Shown one piece after another: positions 1-9,507 of a DNA stretch of 64,000 nucleotides. The DNA is taken from contig CAXXUK010000001.1 in the NCBI GenBank assembly GCA_963665125.2, positions 1,920,001 to 1,984,000 of the forward strand, given 5' to 3'. Every line of letters begins with the position of its first letter. The first letter of the stretch is position 1. The notes beneath the pieces are model-generated. The model was not told where the DNA came from. It saw only the letters and a program-made list of their open reading frames with translations, and did not search any database. The translations under genes were made by a program, and so were the position numbers. The DNA comes from an uncultured Desulfarculus sp. (lineage in GTDB: Bacteria; Desulfobacterota; Desulfarculia; Desulfarculales; Desulfarculaceae).

Positions 1-1147
1 GGATAATATCGTAGTCCGCCATGAACGCAGCGACTTGCCGCGACATCATCTGCAGCATACTCACCGTGCTCAGATAATCTCCCGCTGAAAACTTTTTGCC
101 GACCTCGTAGAGGGTCCAGGTCAGGGGCTCGTAATCGGCGGGGTCTGGCTTTTTGCCGCTCAACATGGAGACCAGCTCAATGGTGCTTACCAAGCCGCCG
201 GTCCAGACCACGGTGAACCAGTTGGTCAGCTGGTCGGCGAACTTCAGGGCCGGTGTGGCCTCCTCCACATGGTGCCCCAGATCCTGGCACAGCTTGGCCG
301 CGTCTTCCATGGCCGCCACGCAATCCGGGTGTGGCTCCACACCGGCGATGGTTTTGGCCGAAAAGGCAATGCGCAGTTTGCCGGGATTGGCGCCGACCTC
401 GTCCAGGAAGGGACGTTTCTTGGGCGGGGCGTAATAAGGATCGCCGGGTTCGGGGCCGCTGGTGGCGTCCAGCAGCGCGGCGCTGTCGCGCACCGAGCGG
501 GTCAGGGCGTGTTCTTCCACGAAACCGCCCATGACGTCCCCCACATACGGTCCTTTGGGGTTGCGGGCCCGGGTTGGTTTCAGGCCGAACAGACCGCAAC
601 ATGAGGCCGGGATGCGGATGGAACCGCCGCCGTCGTTGCCGTGGGCCATGGCCACCACCCCCGCAGCCACCGCCGCGCCCGAACCGCCGCTGGAGCCGCC
701 GGTGGTGTGCTCCAGATTCCAGGGGTTGCGGCAGGGGCCGAACAACGCTGGCTCGGTGGTGGGCATCAGCCCGAATTCGGGCAAGTTGGTACGGCCGAAA
801 ATGGCCAATCCCGCCTGGCGGTAGCGCACGGTAAGGGTGTTGTCCTCACCGGATACGTTATCTTTGAGCGCCGCCGACCCCGCAGTCATACGCACGCCCT
901 TGCAGGCGGCCATCAGGTCCTTGACCAAAAACGGTACGCCGTGGAAGGGGCCATCGGGCAGCCCGGCCTTTATGGACTCACGGGCCAGGTCATACATCGG
1001 AGTGACTATGGCGTTGATTTTCGGGTTTACCTCCTCGGCCCTGGCAATGGCCGCTTCCAGGAGTTCGGCGGGGGTCACCTCGCCCTTTTTGATCAATTCG
1101 GCCTGGGCCGTTGCGTCCAACCACAGCACATCCCCGATGTTCCCCAT
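1..1147 (-). CDS. amidase signature family protein (runs off window start)
   Basis: Not in the ORF track. Manual minus-strand translation from ATG 1147 (RBS GGAGG) gives [46 protein letters not shown]..., followed by [20 protein letters not shown] and [12 protein letters not shown] amidase signature motifs. Confidence 0.92.
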   Translation of the reverse strand, partial: MGNIGDVLWLDATAQAELIKKGEVTPAELLEAAIARAEEVNPKINAIVTPMYDLARESIKAGLPDGPFHGVPFLVKDLMAACKGVRMTAGSAALKDNVSGEDNTLTVRYRQAGLAIFGRTNLPEFGLMPTTEPALFGPCRNPWNLEHTTGGSSGGSGAAVAAGVVAMAHGNDGGGSIRIPASCCGLFGLKPTRARNPKGPYVGDVMGGFVEEHALTRSVRDSAALLDATSGPEPGDPYYAPPKKRPFLDEVGANPGKLRIAFSAKTIAGVEPHPDCVAAMEDAAKLCQDLGHHVEEATPALKFADQLTNWFTVVWTGGLVSTIELVSMLSGKKPDPADYEPLTWTLYEVGKKFSAGDYLSTVSMLQMMSRQVAAFMADYDII

Positions 1148-1189
1148 ATCACCCTCCATGTTCTGAAAATTATGACAAGCCATTGTCGC

Positions 1190-1222
1190 AAAAGGCCGGG
1201 CGGCGCGTCAACACGCCGCCCG
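1190..1222 (-). terminator. probable intrinsic terminator between crotonase gene and amidase
   Basis: 9-bp stem CGGGCGGCG/CGCCGCCCG followed on the minus strand by GCCTTTT. Confidence 0.5.
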
Positions 1223-1236
1223 ACCCAGGATCAGGC

Positions 1237-1992
1237 TTATTTTTTCAGGCTGGCCAACAGGGCGTCGACCCGCTTGTGGTTGTCCTCGGCCCCGATATAG
1301 GTGCGGAACAGCCACTCCTGGACCTTCATGGCGCTGTCCAGGTCGTGGTTGACGATGGTTTGGCCCAGGCGCTTGGTTTCGGCCAGGCAGGTGCGGTCGT
1401 AGGAGGCCATGGTCTTGGCGATCTCGGCCACGCCGGTCAATAGCTCGCCCTCTGGGAAGACCTTGCTCACGTAACCCATGGCCATGGCCTCTTCCGCGCC
1501 GTAGATGCGCCCGGTCAAGGCCACTTCCATGGCCCGGCCCATGCCGATGATCCGCCACAGGGGGTCCATGATCGGCGTAAGTGACAGGGCGATCTCCCGC
1601 TGGCCGAACTTGGCCTTGGTCGAGGCGTAGCGGATGTCGCACATCAGGCTCAGGTCGAAACCACCGGCGATGGCCGGGCCGCCCACGGCGGCGATGACCG
1701 GTTGGGGGCAGAACATGATGGCCCGGTAGGCCCGGTGGAACAGGGCCGTGAACTCCTCGTTGTCCACTTTTTCCAGGGTGCGGATGAAGTTGAGGTCAAA
1801 CCCGGCGCTGAAATATTTCTCGCCGCCGGTTAGGACCAGCACGTTGATGTCCGGGTCGTCGCCCAGGGCCTCGAAGGCCTCGGCCACCTCTTCCAGAACC
1901 TCGGGGGCCAGGGCGTTGCGTTTGTCGGGCCGGTGGATCGTGACCGTGGCCACGGCGTCGGTTTCATCAATCTGTAAAAATTCAAATTCCAT
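1237..1992 (-). CDS. enoyl-CoA hydratase/isomerase family protein
   Basis: PDKRNAL, FSAGFDL, AAVGGPAIAGGFDL motifs; start moved to ATG 1992 (MEFEFLQ) with GGAG RBS. Confidence 0.9.
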   Translation of the reverse strand: MEFEFLQIDETDAVATVTIHRPDKRNALAPEVLEEVAEAFEALGDDPDINVLVLTGGEKYFSAGFDLNFIRTLEKVDNEEFTALFHRAYRAIMFCPQPVIAAVGGPAIAGGFDLSLMCDIRYASTKAKFGQREIALSLTPIMDPLWRIIGMGRAMEVALTGRIYGAEEAMAMGYVSKVFPEGELLTGVAEIAKTMASYDRTCLAETKRLGQTIVNHDLDSAMKVQEWLFRTYIGAEDNHKRVDALLASLKK

Positions 1993-2003
1993 GTCCACTC
2001 CCT

Positions 2004-3740
2004 TTATCCCTTGATTATGCGTGGTAAAAGCATCTGGTGCCGGGGGCAGACCGATGCCGGGTTTTGATACGCCGCCTGGGTGAAGGCGCTCATGTAGGCC
2101 CGCAACGCGCCAAGCTCGACCACCTCGTCGATCATGCCCGTCTGGGCCATGAACCAGGGCCGCGACTTGTCGTGGTAGTCGGCCACCTGGGCGTTCATCT
2201 CCTCGATGACCGGCCCCAGGGGCTGGCCTTCCTTGTGGGCCCGGGCCAGCTTGCGGCCCAGGGCCGCCACCGCCGCCGAACGCCCGCGCATCACGTAGAT
2301 TTCGCTGCACGCCGTGCCCAGGGTGAAGGCGTTATTGGCCCCTGCCGGCGGCCCGGCCATCTGGTAGTGGGGGGCCACGGTGCCCTTTCTGAGCACCACG
2401 GTCATAATCGGCAGGTCGCTCTGCTCGATGCCGTAGACCAGGGTCTGGCCCAGGCCCAGCACCTCGGCCTTTTCAGCCAGGTCACCCACGTCCAGGCCGT
2501 CGTGATCCTGGAACCAGATCATGGGCAAGCGGTCCCTGGCGCAGAGGCTGACAAACTCGGCCATCTTGATCAGGCCCTGGCGGTAGATTGTGCCGCCCTT
2601 GCCTTGGTACTCGCCCTGGGCGTATTCCGGGTAGCCTTCGGGCATGTCGCCCTGGCGATTGGCCACCACACCCACCGGCAGTCCGCTCAGCTTGACCAAG
2701 CCGCAGTAGATCTCCGGGCCGTAGCCGGGGCGGAATTCCCGGTGGGCCGAGCCGTCCACCAGCCGGGCCAGAATCTGCTCCACATCATAACCCACCGCCT
2801 GATCGAACGGCAGCAAATCGTACAATCCCTCGGCGCTCAGGGCCGGATCAGCGGGCTCGTCCACCCGGAAAAACCCCGGGTCATAGGCGGGCAGCATGGC
2901 CACCTGACGCCGCACCTCGGCCAGGACTTCCTGCTCGGTTTCGAAGACCTTGCTGAAAAATCCGGTGACGTCGTGGTGCACCGCGGCCGAACCAGGCGGA
3001 GAGGCCGAACGCACCGCCAACTCGGCGATGATGTCCAGGGCCTCGGCCTCGCTGAAGGGGCCGCTGCCGGCCATGCCCGCCAGCACCGCGCCGCCGCCCA
3101 CGCTCATGTTGGCGTCGGCCTTGGCGATGATCTTGGTGGGGCTGCAACTGGTGTAGCCGCCGCCCGCCGGATTGGTGCCGAAGACGGCAGCCACCTGGGG
3201 CAGCCCGGCCACACTGAGCCGGGCATTGCCAAAGAAAGTCGCGCCGTTGCCGCGCCTGCCGGGGTATACCCGGTGCTGCTCGGTGAGCTTGACGCCCGAG
3301 CAGTTGACCAGCCAGACCAGGGGCAGCCTCAGGCGGGCGGCGACCTCCTGGGCCCGCAGCTTTTTCTCGGCCTGCCCCGGCAGCCAGGCCCCAGCCAGGA
3401 CCTTGTTGTCGAAACCGGCCACAACGCACCAACGGCCCGAAACCTTGCCCAGGCCCCAGGCCACGCCCGTGGAGCCCTCGGGGTTTTCCTCTGGATTGTA
3501 GATGCTCATCAGCGGCAGAAAGCTGCCCGGCTCCACCACCTCGGCGATGCGTTCACCAATGGTGAGTTGACCGCGCTGGTGCAGTTTTTCGGCGGGCATG
3601 CCCGCCTCGGCAACGGCCCGGGCCATTTCGGCCACCTTGGCCTCGACCTGGCGGATGTGCTCGGCGTTGTCCTCCGCCAAGGGAGCCAGCCCTGCCCCAT
3701 CCCGGACCATTGGCGGCATCTGCTTGAAATATTGATGCAT
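2004..3740 (-). CDS. gcdA: glutaconyl-CoA decarboxylase alpha subunit-like carboxyltransferase
   Basis: 578 aa carboxyltransferase fold (NCSGVKL, GTNPAGGGY, YRQGLIKM); C-terminus YQNPxSxCPxHQMLLPR is characteristic of GcdA; adjacent to glutaryl-CoA dehydrogenase. Confidence 0.8.
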   Translation of the reverse strand: MHQYFKQMPPMVRDGAGLAPLAEDNAEHIRQVEAKVAEMARAVAEAGMPAEKLHQRGQLTIGERIAEVVEPGSFLPLMSIYNPEENPEGSTGVAWGLGKVSGRWCVVAGFDNKVLAGAWLPGQAEKKLRAQEVAARLRLPLVWLVNCSGVKLTEQHRVYPGRRGNGATFFGNARLSVAGLPQVAAVFGTNPAGGGYTSCSPTKIIAKADANMSVGGGAVLAGMAGSGPFSEAEALDIIAELAVRSASPPGSAAVHHDVTGFFSKVFETEQEVLAEVRRQVAMLPAYDPGFFRVDEPADPALSAEGLYDLLPFDQAVGYDVEQILARLVDGSAHREFRPGYGPEIYCGLVKLSGLPVGVVANRQGDMPEGYPEYAQGEYQGKGGTIYRQGLIKMAEFVSLCARDRLPMIWFQDHDGLDVGDLAEKAEVLGLGQTLVYGIEQSDLPIMTVVLRKGTVAPHYQMAGPPAGANNAFTLGTACSEIYVMRGRSAAVAALGRKLARAHKEGQPLGPVIEEMNAQVADYHDKSRPWFMAQTGMIDEVVELGALRAYMSAFTQAAYQNPASVCPRHQMLLPRIIKG

Positions 3741-3848
3741 TCGGCGATTCCTCCCCAGCCGCTAATTGCCTGGCCATATAAACAGGTGAACCGCTACCCA
3801 ACCGAAACGGCCAGGCAGCGGTATGTCGTCACAATTTTCGACCCCGGC

Positions 3849-5012
3849 TCAGCGGTTGGCCTTGCGCAGTCCCAACTCGTCCATCCCCACGATCATCTTG
3901 CAGATGTTAGCCGAGCCCTCGACCATGTAATACGTGGGCGCGTCGCGGTAGAAGCGGGCCATGGGATATTCCACGCTGTAGCCGTAGGCCCCCATGATCC
4001 GCATGCCTTCCTGGGCGCACATGGCCACGGTATCCCCGGCCTTTAGCTTGGCCATGGCCACATCGCGGCCATTGTCCAGCCTGCCCTGGTCCTTGGCCCA
4101 GGCGGCCTTGTAGACCAGCATGCGCGCCGACTCCACCTCGGTTGCCATACGGGCTATCTGCTCCTGAATCATCGGCTGCTTGGCGATGACCTTGCCGAAC
4201 TGCTCCCGCTGGTTGGCATAAGCCACGGCCTGATCCAGGCAGGCCTGGGCCAGGCCCACTCCGCCGGCGGCAGCCTGGAGCCTGGTCTGGTTCAGGCTGC
4301 TGAAAACGATTCGCGCGCCGTCGCCGGGTGAGCCCAACAGGTTTTCCTTGGGCACCCGCACGTCCTCCAGCACGATCTCGCCGGTGGGGCTGGAGTGGCT
4401 GCCCATCTTGTCCAGTTTGGTCACGTTGACGCCGGGCGCGTTCTTCAACTCCACCACGAAGGCGCTGAGCCCCTTGGAGCCGGCCTCGCGGTCTGTGTAG
4501 GCATAGAACACCACGCAGTCGGCGATATCGGCGTTGCTGATCCAGGTCTTCTGACCGTTGATCAGGTAGTGGTCGCCCATGTCCTTGGCCGTGGAGGTCA
4601 AAGCCATGACGTCGCTGCCCGCGTTGGGCTCGGTGATGGCGAAGCCGCCCAGGTACTCCGCCGAGGCCAGCTTGGCCACGTACTTGTTCTTGGCCGCCTG
4701 GGTGCCGTAACGCAGGAGGGTGTAGGCGCAGCCCAACTCCTGCATGTTCACCTGCACCCGCAGACTGCTGGACGCGGCGGCGATCTCTTCGCTGAGGATC
4801 ATCGCCGCCAGCCAGCCCATTTCGTTGCCGCCGTACTCTTCGGGGATCACCGTGGCGAAAAAGCCCAGCTCACCCATGGGCCGGATCACTTCCTCATAGG
4901 GGAAGTAGTGTTCGGCGTCCCATTTGTCGGCGAACGGGGCGATCTTTTCGGCGGCGAAATCCCGCGCCGTTTGGCGAAGCATCTGCAGGTCTTCGCTCAG
5001 TTGAAAGTCCAC
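3849..5012 (-). CDS. glutaryl-CoA dehydrogenase, non-decarboxylating (glutaconyl-CoA-forming) type
   Basis: ACAD fold; strong recalled resemblance to Desulfococcus multivorans GDH (FPYEE.RPMGELGFF, LRVQ, RDAPTYYMVEGSANICK, RKANR end); Val before the catalytic Glu; GTG start 5012 with GGAGG RBS. Confidence 0.88.
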   Translation of the reverse strand: MDFQLSEDLQMLRQTARDFAAEKIAPFADKWDAEHYFPYEEVIRPMGELGFFATVIPEEYGGNEMGWLAAMILSEEIAAASSSLRVQVNMQELGCAYTLLRYGTQAAKNKYVAKLASAEYLGGFAITEPNAGSDVMALTSTAKDMGDHYLINGQKTWISNADIADCVVFYAYTDREAGSKGLSAFVVELKNAPGVNVTKLDKMGSHSSPTGEIVLEDVRVPKENLLGSPGDGARIVFSSLNQTRLQAAAGGVGLAQACLDQAVAYANQREQFGKVIAKQPMIQEQIARMATEVESARMLVYKAAWAKDQGRLDNGRDVAMAKLKAGDTVAMCAQEGMRIMGAYGYSVEYPMARFYRDAPTYYMVEGSANICKMIVGMDELGLRKANR

Positions 5013-5028
5013 TAAAAATCCTCCGGTC

Positions 5029-5811
5029 TTAACGGCACTTGTATTCGGGCGGCCTTTTTTCCAGGAAAGCCTTGGCCCCTTCCTTGGGGTCTTCATAGGC
5101 GAATAATCCGGCCCACAGGTCGCTCTCGGTCTCCATTCCGTTGGCGATGCTCAGGTCGCGGGCCCGGTTGAGGCTTTTCTTGGCGGCGGCCACGCCCAGC
5201 GGGCCGCGCCCGGCGATGCGCTCGGCCAGAGTCATCGCCGCTTCCATCACGCCGCCCTTGGGCACCACCTTTTCGATGAGCCCACAGGCCAGGGCCTCCT
5301 CGGCGCCGATCATCTCACCGCCGTAGACCAGCTCCTTGATCTTGCCGAATGGCGCGTGCTTCAGAGTGCGCACCGTGCCGCCCGCGCCGGGGAAGATCGA
5401 CAGGTTGGTTTCGGGGAAGCCGAATTTGGCCTGCTCCTCGGCATAGCGTACATCACAGCACAGGGCCAATTCCAGTCCGCCGCCCAGGCAATAGCCGTCA
5501 ATGGCCGCGATGACCGGCCAATGGAAGTTCTCGATAAAGGCGCTCCAGAAGTGGGTCATCCGGTGGCGGCGCTTGGCCTTTTCCGGGGTCAGTTCCAAAA
5601 ACGACTTAATGTCCGCTCCGGCCACGAAAGCCTTTTCGCCGCCGCCCCGCAAAATCACCGCCCGGAAGTCGTCCAGGCGGTTGTCCAACTCCACGAAAAC
5701 CTCGTGGATGGCCTCGCGGCACGGCGTGCTCAGGGCGTTCATCGGCGGGTTGTCGATGGTCACCACCGCCGCCGGGCCTTGTATTTCATAATGGCATAGT
5801 TTGTCCGCCAT
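5029..5811 (-). CDS. enoyl-CoA hydratase (crotonase)
   Basis: AFVAGADI, GGGLEL and FPET (both catalytic Glu present); start at MADKLCHY. Confidence 0.9.
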   Translation of the reverse strand: MADKLCHYEIQGPAAVVTIDNPPMNALSTPCREAIHEVFVELDNRLDDFRAVILRGGGEKAFVAGADIKSFLELTPEKAKRRHRMTHFWSAFIENFHWPVIAAIDGYCLGGGLELALCCDVRYAEEQAKFGFPETNLSIFPGAGGTVRTLKHAPFGKIKELVYGGEMIGAEEALACGLIEKVVPKGGVMEAAMTLAERIAGRGPLGVAAAKKSLNRARDLSIANGMETESDLWAGLFAYEDPKEGAKAFLEKRPPEYKCR

Positions 5812-5943
5812 ATTTCGCTCCATTTGCATGGTTGGCCATGTCCCCGGCCCAGCCAAGGCCTTCCCCCGCGCCCGCAGGTCATACGCGAGATTCGGCCTTG
5901 GCGGAACCGGAGTCATAAATTATTCCATCACCTATCCAGCGGC

Positions 5944-7122
5944 TTAGGCTTCGTTCCTGATGATCAGGGCAACACCCTGGCCGCCGCCCAGACACATAGT
6001 GGCCAGGCCCAGTTCCTTGCCGCTACGCTTGAGTTCGTAGATCAGCTTGGTCAGGATCACCGCGCCGGTGCCGCTGATGGGGTGGCCCAAGGCAATGGCG
6101 CCGCCGTTGGGGTTGACCTTGGCCTCGTCCAGGCCCAATTCACGGATGCAGGCCAGACTCTGGGAGGCGAAGGCCTCGTTGAGTTCGATCACATCCAGAT
6201 CGGCGGCGCTGAGGCCCGTCTTTTCCAGGGCCTTCTGGGTGGCGGCGATGGGGCCGATGCCCATCAACGAAGGCTCCACGCCCACCGAGGCATAACCCAC
6301 GATGCTAACCAGGGGCTTGAAGCCGTTGGCCTTGGCCCAATCCTCGGAAGTTACCACAACAGCACCCGCGCCATCGTTCATGCCGCTGGAGTTGCCCGCC
6401 GTCACGCTGCCGCCCTGGCGGAACACCGGCTTGAGTTTGGCCAGACCCTCCAGGGTTGTTTCCGGGCGGGGGTGCTCGTCCACGGCGAACAGCACCGGGT
6501 CGCCCTTTTTCTTGGGAATTGGCACGGCCACGATCTGCTCGTTGAACACGCCCTGCTCCAAGGCCTTGGCGGCCTTTTGCTGGCTGGACAGGGCAAAGGC
6601 GTCTTGGTCCTCGCGGCTGATCTGGTATTTCTCGGCCACGTTTTCAGCGGTCTCGCCCATGGTGTTGCCGCTGATGGGGTCGAAGAGCACAAGCTGGTCC
6701 ATGACCTGGCCATGGCCCAGGCGCTGGCCCCAGCGCATGCGCGGCAGCAGATAGGCCGCGGCGCTCATGTGCTCCAAGCCGCCGGAGATGATCACCTCGG
6801 CGTCTTCGGCCTTGATGGCCTGGGCCGCCAGGAACACGGTCTTGAGCGATCCGCCGCAGGCCTTGGCCACGGTGAAGTTGGGCACCGGGATGGGGATGCC
6901 CGCGTCAACGCTGATGGGCCGGGCCATGTTGGGCGGCAACACGCCTGTGCGGTATTGCTGGGAGAATATGGTTTCCTCGACCTGATTGGCCTGCACGCCG
7001 GAACGGGCCAGGGCTTCCTTGATAACCAGGGCGCCCAGTTCGCGGTCGGTCACGGCCTTGAGGGTGCCGCCGAAGCGGCCCACGGCCGTGCGGGCCGCGC
7101 CGAGAATCACTGCTTTTTTCAT
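5944..7122 (-). CDS. acetyl-CoA C-acyltransferase (thiolase)
   Basis: KACGGS, NEAFA, GHPISGTG and MCLGGGQG catalytic motifs. Confidence 0.95.
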   Translation of the reverse strand: MKKAVILGAARTAVGRFGGTLKAVTDRELGALVIKEALARSGVQANQVEETIFSQQYRTGVLPPNMARPISVDAGIPIPVPNFTVAKACGGSLKTVFLAAQAIKAEDAEVIISGGLEHMSAAAYLLPRMRWGQRLGHGQVMDQLVLFDPISGNTMGETAENVAEKYQISREDQDAFALSSQQKAAKALEQGVFNEQIVAVPIPKKKGDPVLFAVDEHPRPETTLEGLAKLKPVFRQGGSVTAGNSSGMNDGAGAVVVTSEDWAKANGFKPLVSIVGYASVGVEPSLMGIGPIAATQKALEKTGLSAADLDVIELNEAFASQSLACIRELGLDEAKVNPNGGAIALGHPISGTGAVILTKLIYELKRSGKELGLATMCLGGGQGVALIIRNEA

Positions 7123-7169
7123 CGTCTAATATCTCCAGAAAGGGCCGCTGGGGCCCTTTGCAACAAAGG

Positions 7170-8054
7170 TCAAATCTTGGCCATGCCGATGCGGTTGCCG
7201 TCCTTGTCGTATTCGTACCAGCCCACGCCGGTCTTGCGGCCCAGCTGGCCCGCCTTGACCTTGCGCCGCAGCAACAGGGGCGGATACCAGGACGGATCGC
7301 CGGTTTCCTCGTACATCGAGGTCAGCGCGCCGAAGGTCACGTCCAGGCCCACCATGTCGCCGGTCTCGAAGATGCCCATCTTGCGGCCCGAGGCCAGGCG
7401 CAGGCCCTTGTCGATGTCTTCCACCGTGGCCACACCGGCCTCCACCAGACGCATGGCCTCCATGGTGCTGGGGAAGTTGATGCGGTTGATCACGAAGCCG
7501 GCCACGTCGCGGTTGACCATGATCGGCTCCTTGCCGATGGCCAAGGCGAACTCGCGGCCCGCCTGATGCACCTCCTCGGTGGTGAGCATGCCCTTGATCA
7601 CCTCCACGGCGGCCATCATCGGTACCGGCGAGAAGAAATGCAGGCCCAGGAAGCGCTCGGGCTTGTCCACGAAGGCGGCCAGTTCGCTGATGGGTATCGC
7701 GCTGGTGTTGCTGGCGATGAGGGCGTCGGGACTGGCGAACTTGTTTACCTGCTCGAAGACCTGCTGTTTGACGCCGATGTTCTCGAACACCACCTCCATG
7801 ATCAGGTCGGCCTCGGCGGCATAGTCCAGGGCCGTGACCGTGGCGATGCGGCCCATGATCTCTTCGGTGGTGCCGGGCACCTTGCCCTTTTCGACCATCT
7901 TGCCCACGGACCAGGCAATGGATTTCTTGGCCTTTTCCAGGGCCTCGGCGTTGGTGTCGTAAAGGGTGACATTCAGCCCGGCCTGGGCGCAGACCTGGCC
8001 GATACCCGAGCCCATCAGGCCGCTGCCGATGACGAATACTTTTTTGATCTGCAT
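7170..8054 (-). CDS. 3-hydroxyacyl-CoA (3-hydroxybutyryl-CoA-type) dehydrogenase
   Basis: IGSGLMGSGI Rossmann motif, SNTS, GLHFFSP, GFVINR, LGRKTGVGWY. Confidence 0.93.
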   Translation of the reverse strand: MQIKKVFVIGSGLMGSGIGQVCAQAGLNVTLYDTNAEALEKAKKSIAWSVGKMVEKGKVPGTTEEIMGRIATVTALDYAAEADLIMEVVFENIGVKQQVFEQVNKFASPDALIASNTSAIPISELAAFVDKPERFLGLHFFSPVPMMAAVEVIKGMLTTEEVHQAGREFALAIGKEPIMVNRDVAGFVINRINFPSTMEAMRLVEAGVATVEDIDKGLRLASGRKMGIFETGDMVGLDVTFGALTSMYEETGDPSWYPPLLLRRKVKAGQLGRKTGVGWYEYDKDGNRIGMAKI

Positions 8055-8064
8055 GGCCGGCCTC

Positions 8065-9222
8065 CTAGTCCTTCAAGAGTTCACGGGCGATGACCACGCG
8101 CTGGATCTCGCTGGTGCCTTCGTAAATGGTAGTCAGGCGCAGGTCGCGGTAGTAGCGCTCCACCGGGAAGTCGCGCACATAGCCCATGCCGCCGAAGACC
8201 TGTACGGCCATGTCGGCCACGCGGTTGGCCATCTCGGTGCAGAACATCTTGACCATTGCCGCTTCCTTGACCACGGCGGTGCCCCTCTTGTCGCGCAGCC
8301 AGGCGGCATGATAGAGCATCTGGCGTCCGGCGTAGATGCCCGCGGCCATGTCGGCCAGCTTGAACTGGATTGCCTGGAAGTTGCAGATGGGCTGGCCGAA
8401 CTGCACGCGCTGCTTGGAGTAGTCGATGCTAAGTTCCAACAGCTTCTGGGCCGAACCCACGGCCGAGGCGCCCATGGTCAGGCGGCCCTTGTCCAGGGTC
8501 TTCATGGCCGTCTTGAAGCCTTTGCCGAGATTGGCCATGCCGCCGATGATGTTTTCCTTGGGGATGCGGCAGTTGTCGAAGATTAGCTCTGCGGTGTGGC
8601 TGCCGCGCATACCCATCTTGCGCTCAATGGCCCCCACGAAGAAGCCGGGGCTGTTCTTTTCCACGATAAATGCGCTGATGCCGCCCTTGGCCTTTTTCGC
8701 GCGGTCGTTGGCCGCGAAAACCGTGGCCACGTCGGCGCAGTCGCCGTTGGTGATGAAGTGTTTGCGGCCGTTGAGGACCCACTCGTCGCCGTCAAGCTCG
8801 GCCGTGGTCTGCACGTTGGCCGCGTCGGAGCCCGCCTCGGGCTCGGTGAGGGCAAAGCAGGCGGTCCATTCGCCGCTGGCGATTTTGGGCAAGTATTTCT
8901 CTTTTTGCTCTTCGGTGCCGTCCAGCAGAATGCCCTGGGAGCCGATGCCGTTGTTGGTGCCGATGCGCGAACGGAAGGCGGCGTTGCTCTTGGACATTTC
9001 CTCGTAGACCAGGCATTCGCCCAGGGTGCCCAGCTCGAGGCCGCCGTATTCCTCGGGCAGCGACAGGCCGAACAGGCCCAGATCACGCATTTTTTGGACC
9101 ACGTCCTCGGGGATGTGGTCTTCGTCTTCAACCTGCTGGCTGATGGGGTCCAGGTCTTTTTTAACGAACTTGGCGATGGTGTCCTGCATCATGCGCAGAT
9201 TTTCGGGAATTTCAAAATCCAT
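8065..9222 (-). CDS. acyl-CoA dehydrogenase
   Basis: FALTEPEAGSD, RVQFG, IYEGTSEIQR; start at MDFEIPEN with GGAGG RBS. Confidence 0.94.
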   Translation of the reverse strand: MDFEIPENLRMMQDTIAKFVKKDLDPISQQVEDEDHIPEDVVQKMRDLGLFGLSLPEEYGGLELGTLGECLVYEEMSKSNAAFRSRIGTNNGIGSQGILLDGTEEQKEKYLPKIASGEWTACFALTEPEAGSDAANVQTTAELDGDEWVLNGRKHFITNGDCADVATVFAANDRAKKAKGGISAFIVEKNSPGFFVGAIERKMGMRGSHTAELIFDNCRIPKENIIGGMANLGKGFKTAMKTLDKGRLTMGASAVGSAQKLLELSIDYSKQRVQFGQPICNFQAIQFKLADMAAGIYAGRQMLYHAAWLRDKRGTAVVKEAAMVKMFCTEMANRVADMAVQVFGGMGYVRDFPVERYYRDLRLTTIYEGTSEIQRVVIARELLKD

Positions 9223-9284
9223 CTTCGGTCCTCCGTTATGCGGCCGTGGGGCCGGTTGTTGTTTTGTTGCCGCCCCGAACAAGA

Positions 9285-9300
9285 GCAAATCACGGGCCAA
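9285..9300 (-). promoter_or_regulatory. sigma54 -24/-12 promoter
   Basis: Minus strand TTGGCCCGTGATTTGC = GG-N10-GC, about 60 bp upstream of the first operon gene and next to a sigma54 activator gene. Confidence 0.8.
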
Positions 9301-9316
9301 ACCGGGAACCGATGGA

Positions 9317-9329
9317 CAACAAATTGATT
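9317..9329 (-). promoter_or_regulatory. IHF binding site
   Basis: AATCAATTTGTTG matches WATCAA-N4-TTR and lies between the sigma54 promoter and the activator sites. Confidence 0.6.
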
Positions 9330-9385
9330 TAACAGTTAATTTAACAAAGCAGCATCGAATCGGGACGAGCTTTGGCGCGGCAATA

Positions 9386-9507
9386 TGTCTATTTTTTTAG
9401 ACAATTTGCGGCTTTAGATGGCTTATCAGTTTGGAATAGCTATTGAATTTATCCCAAAACAACAATGTCTGATATTTTAGGCAATGTCTATCATACTAGA
9501 CATTGCC
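9386..9507. promoter_or_regulatory. three TGTCT-N8-AG(A/G)CA upstream activator sites
   Basis: TGTCTATTTTTTTAGACA (9386-9403), TGTCTGATATTTTAGGCA (9466-9483), TGTCTATCATACTAGACA (9485-9502). Confidence 0.7.

Noticed and set aside
2037..8093. Long plus-strand ORFs (2037-4046, 5824-7566, 7158-8093)
   Set aside because: Antisense shadows of well-supported minus-strand genes in GC-rich DNA; no motifs
3849..9300. N-terminal extensions of the ORF-track calls for GDH, crotonase and ACAD
   Set aside because: They overlap upstream genes or the promoter; internal starts have an RBS and family-typical N-termini
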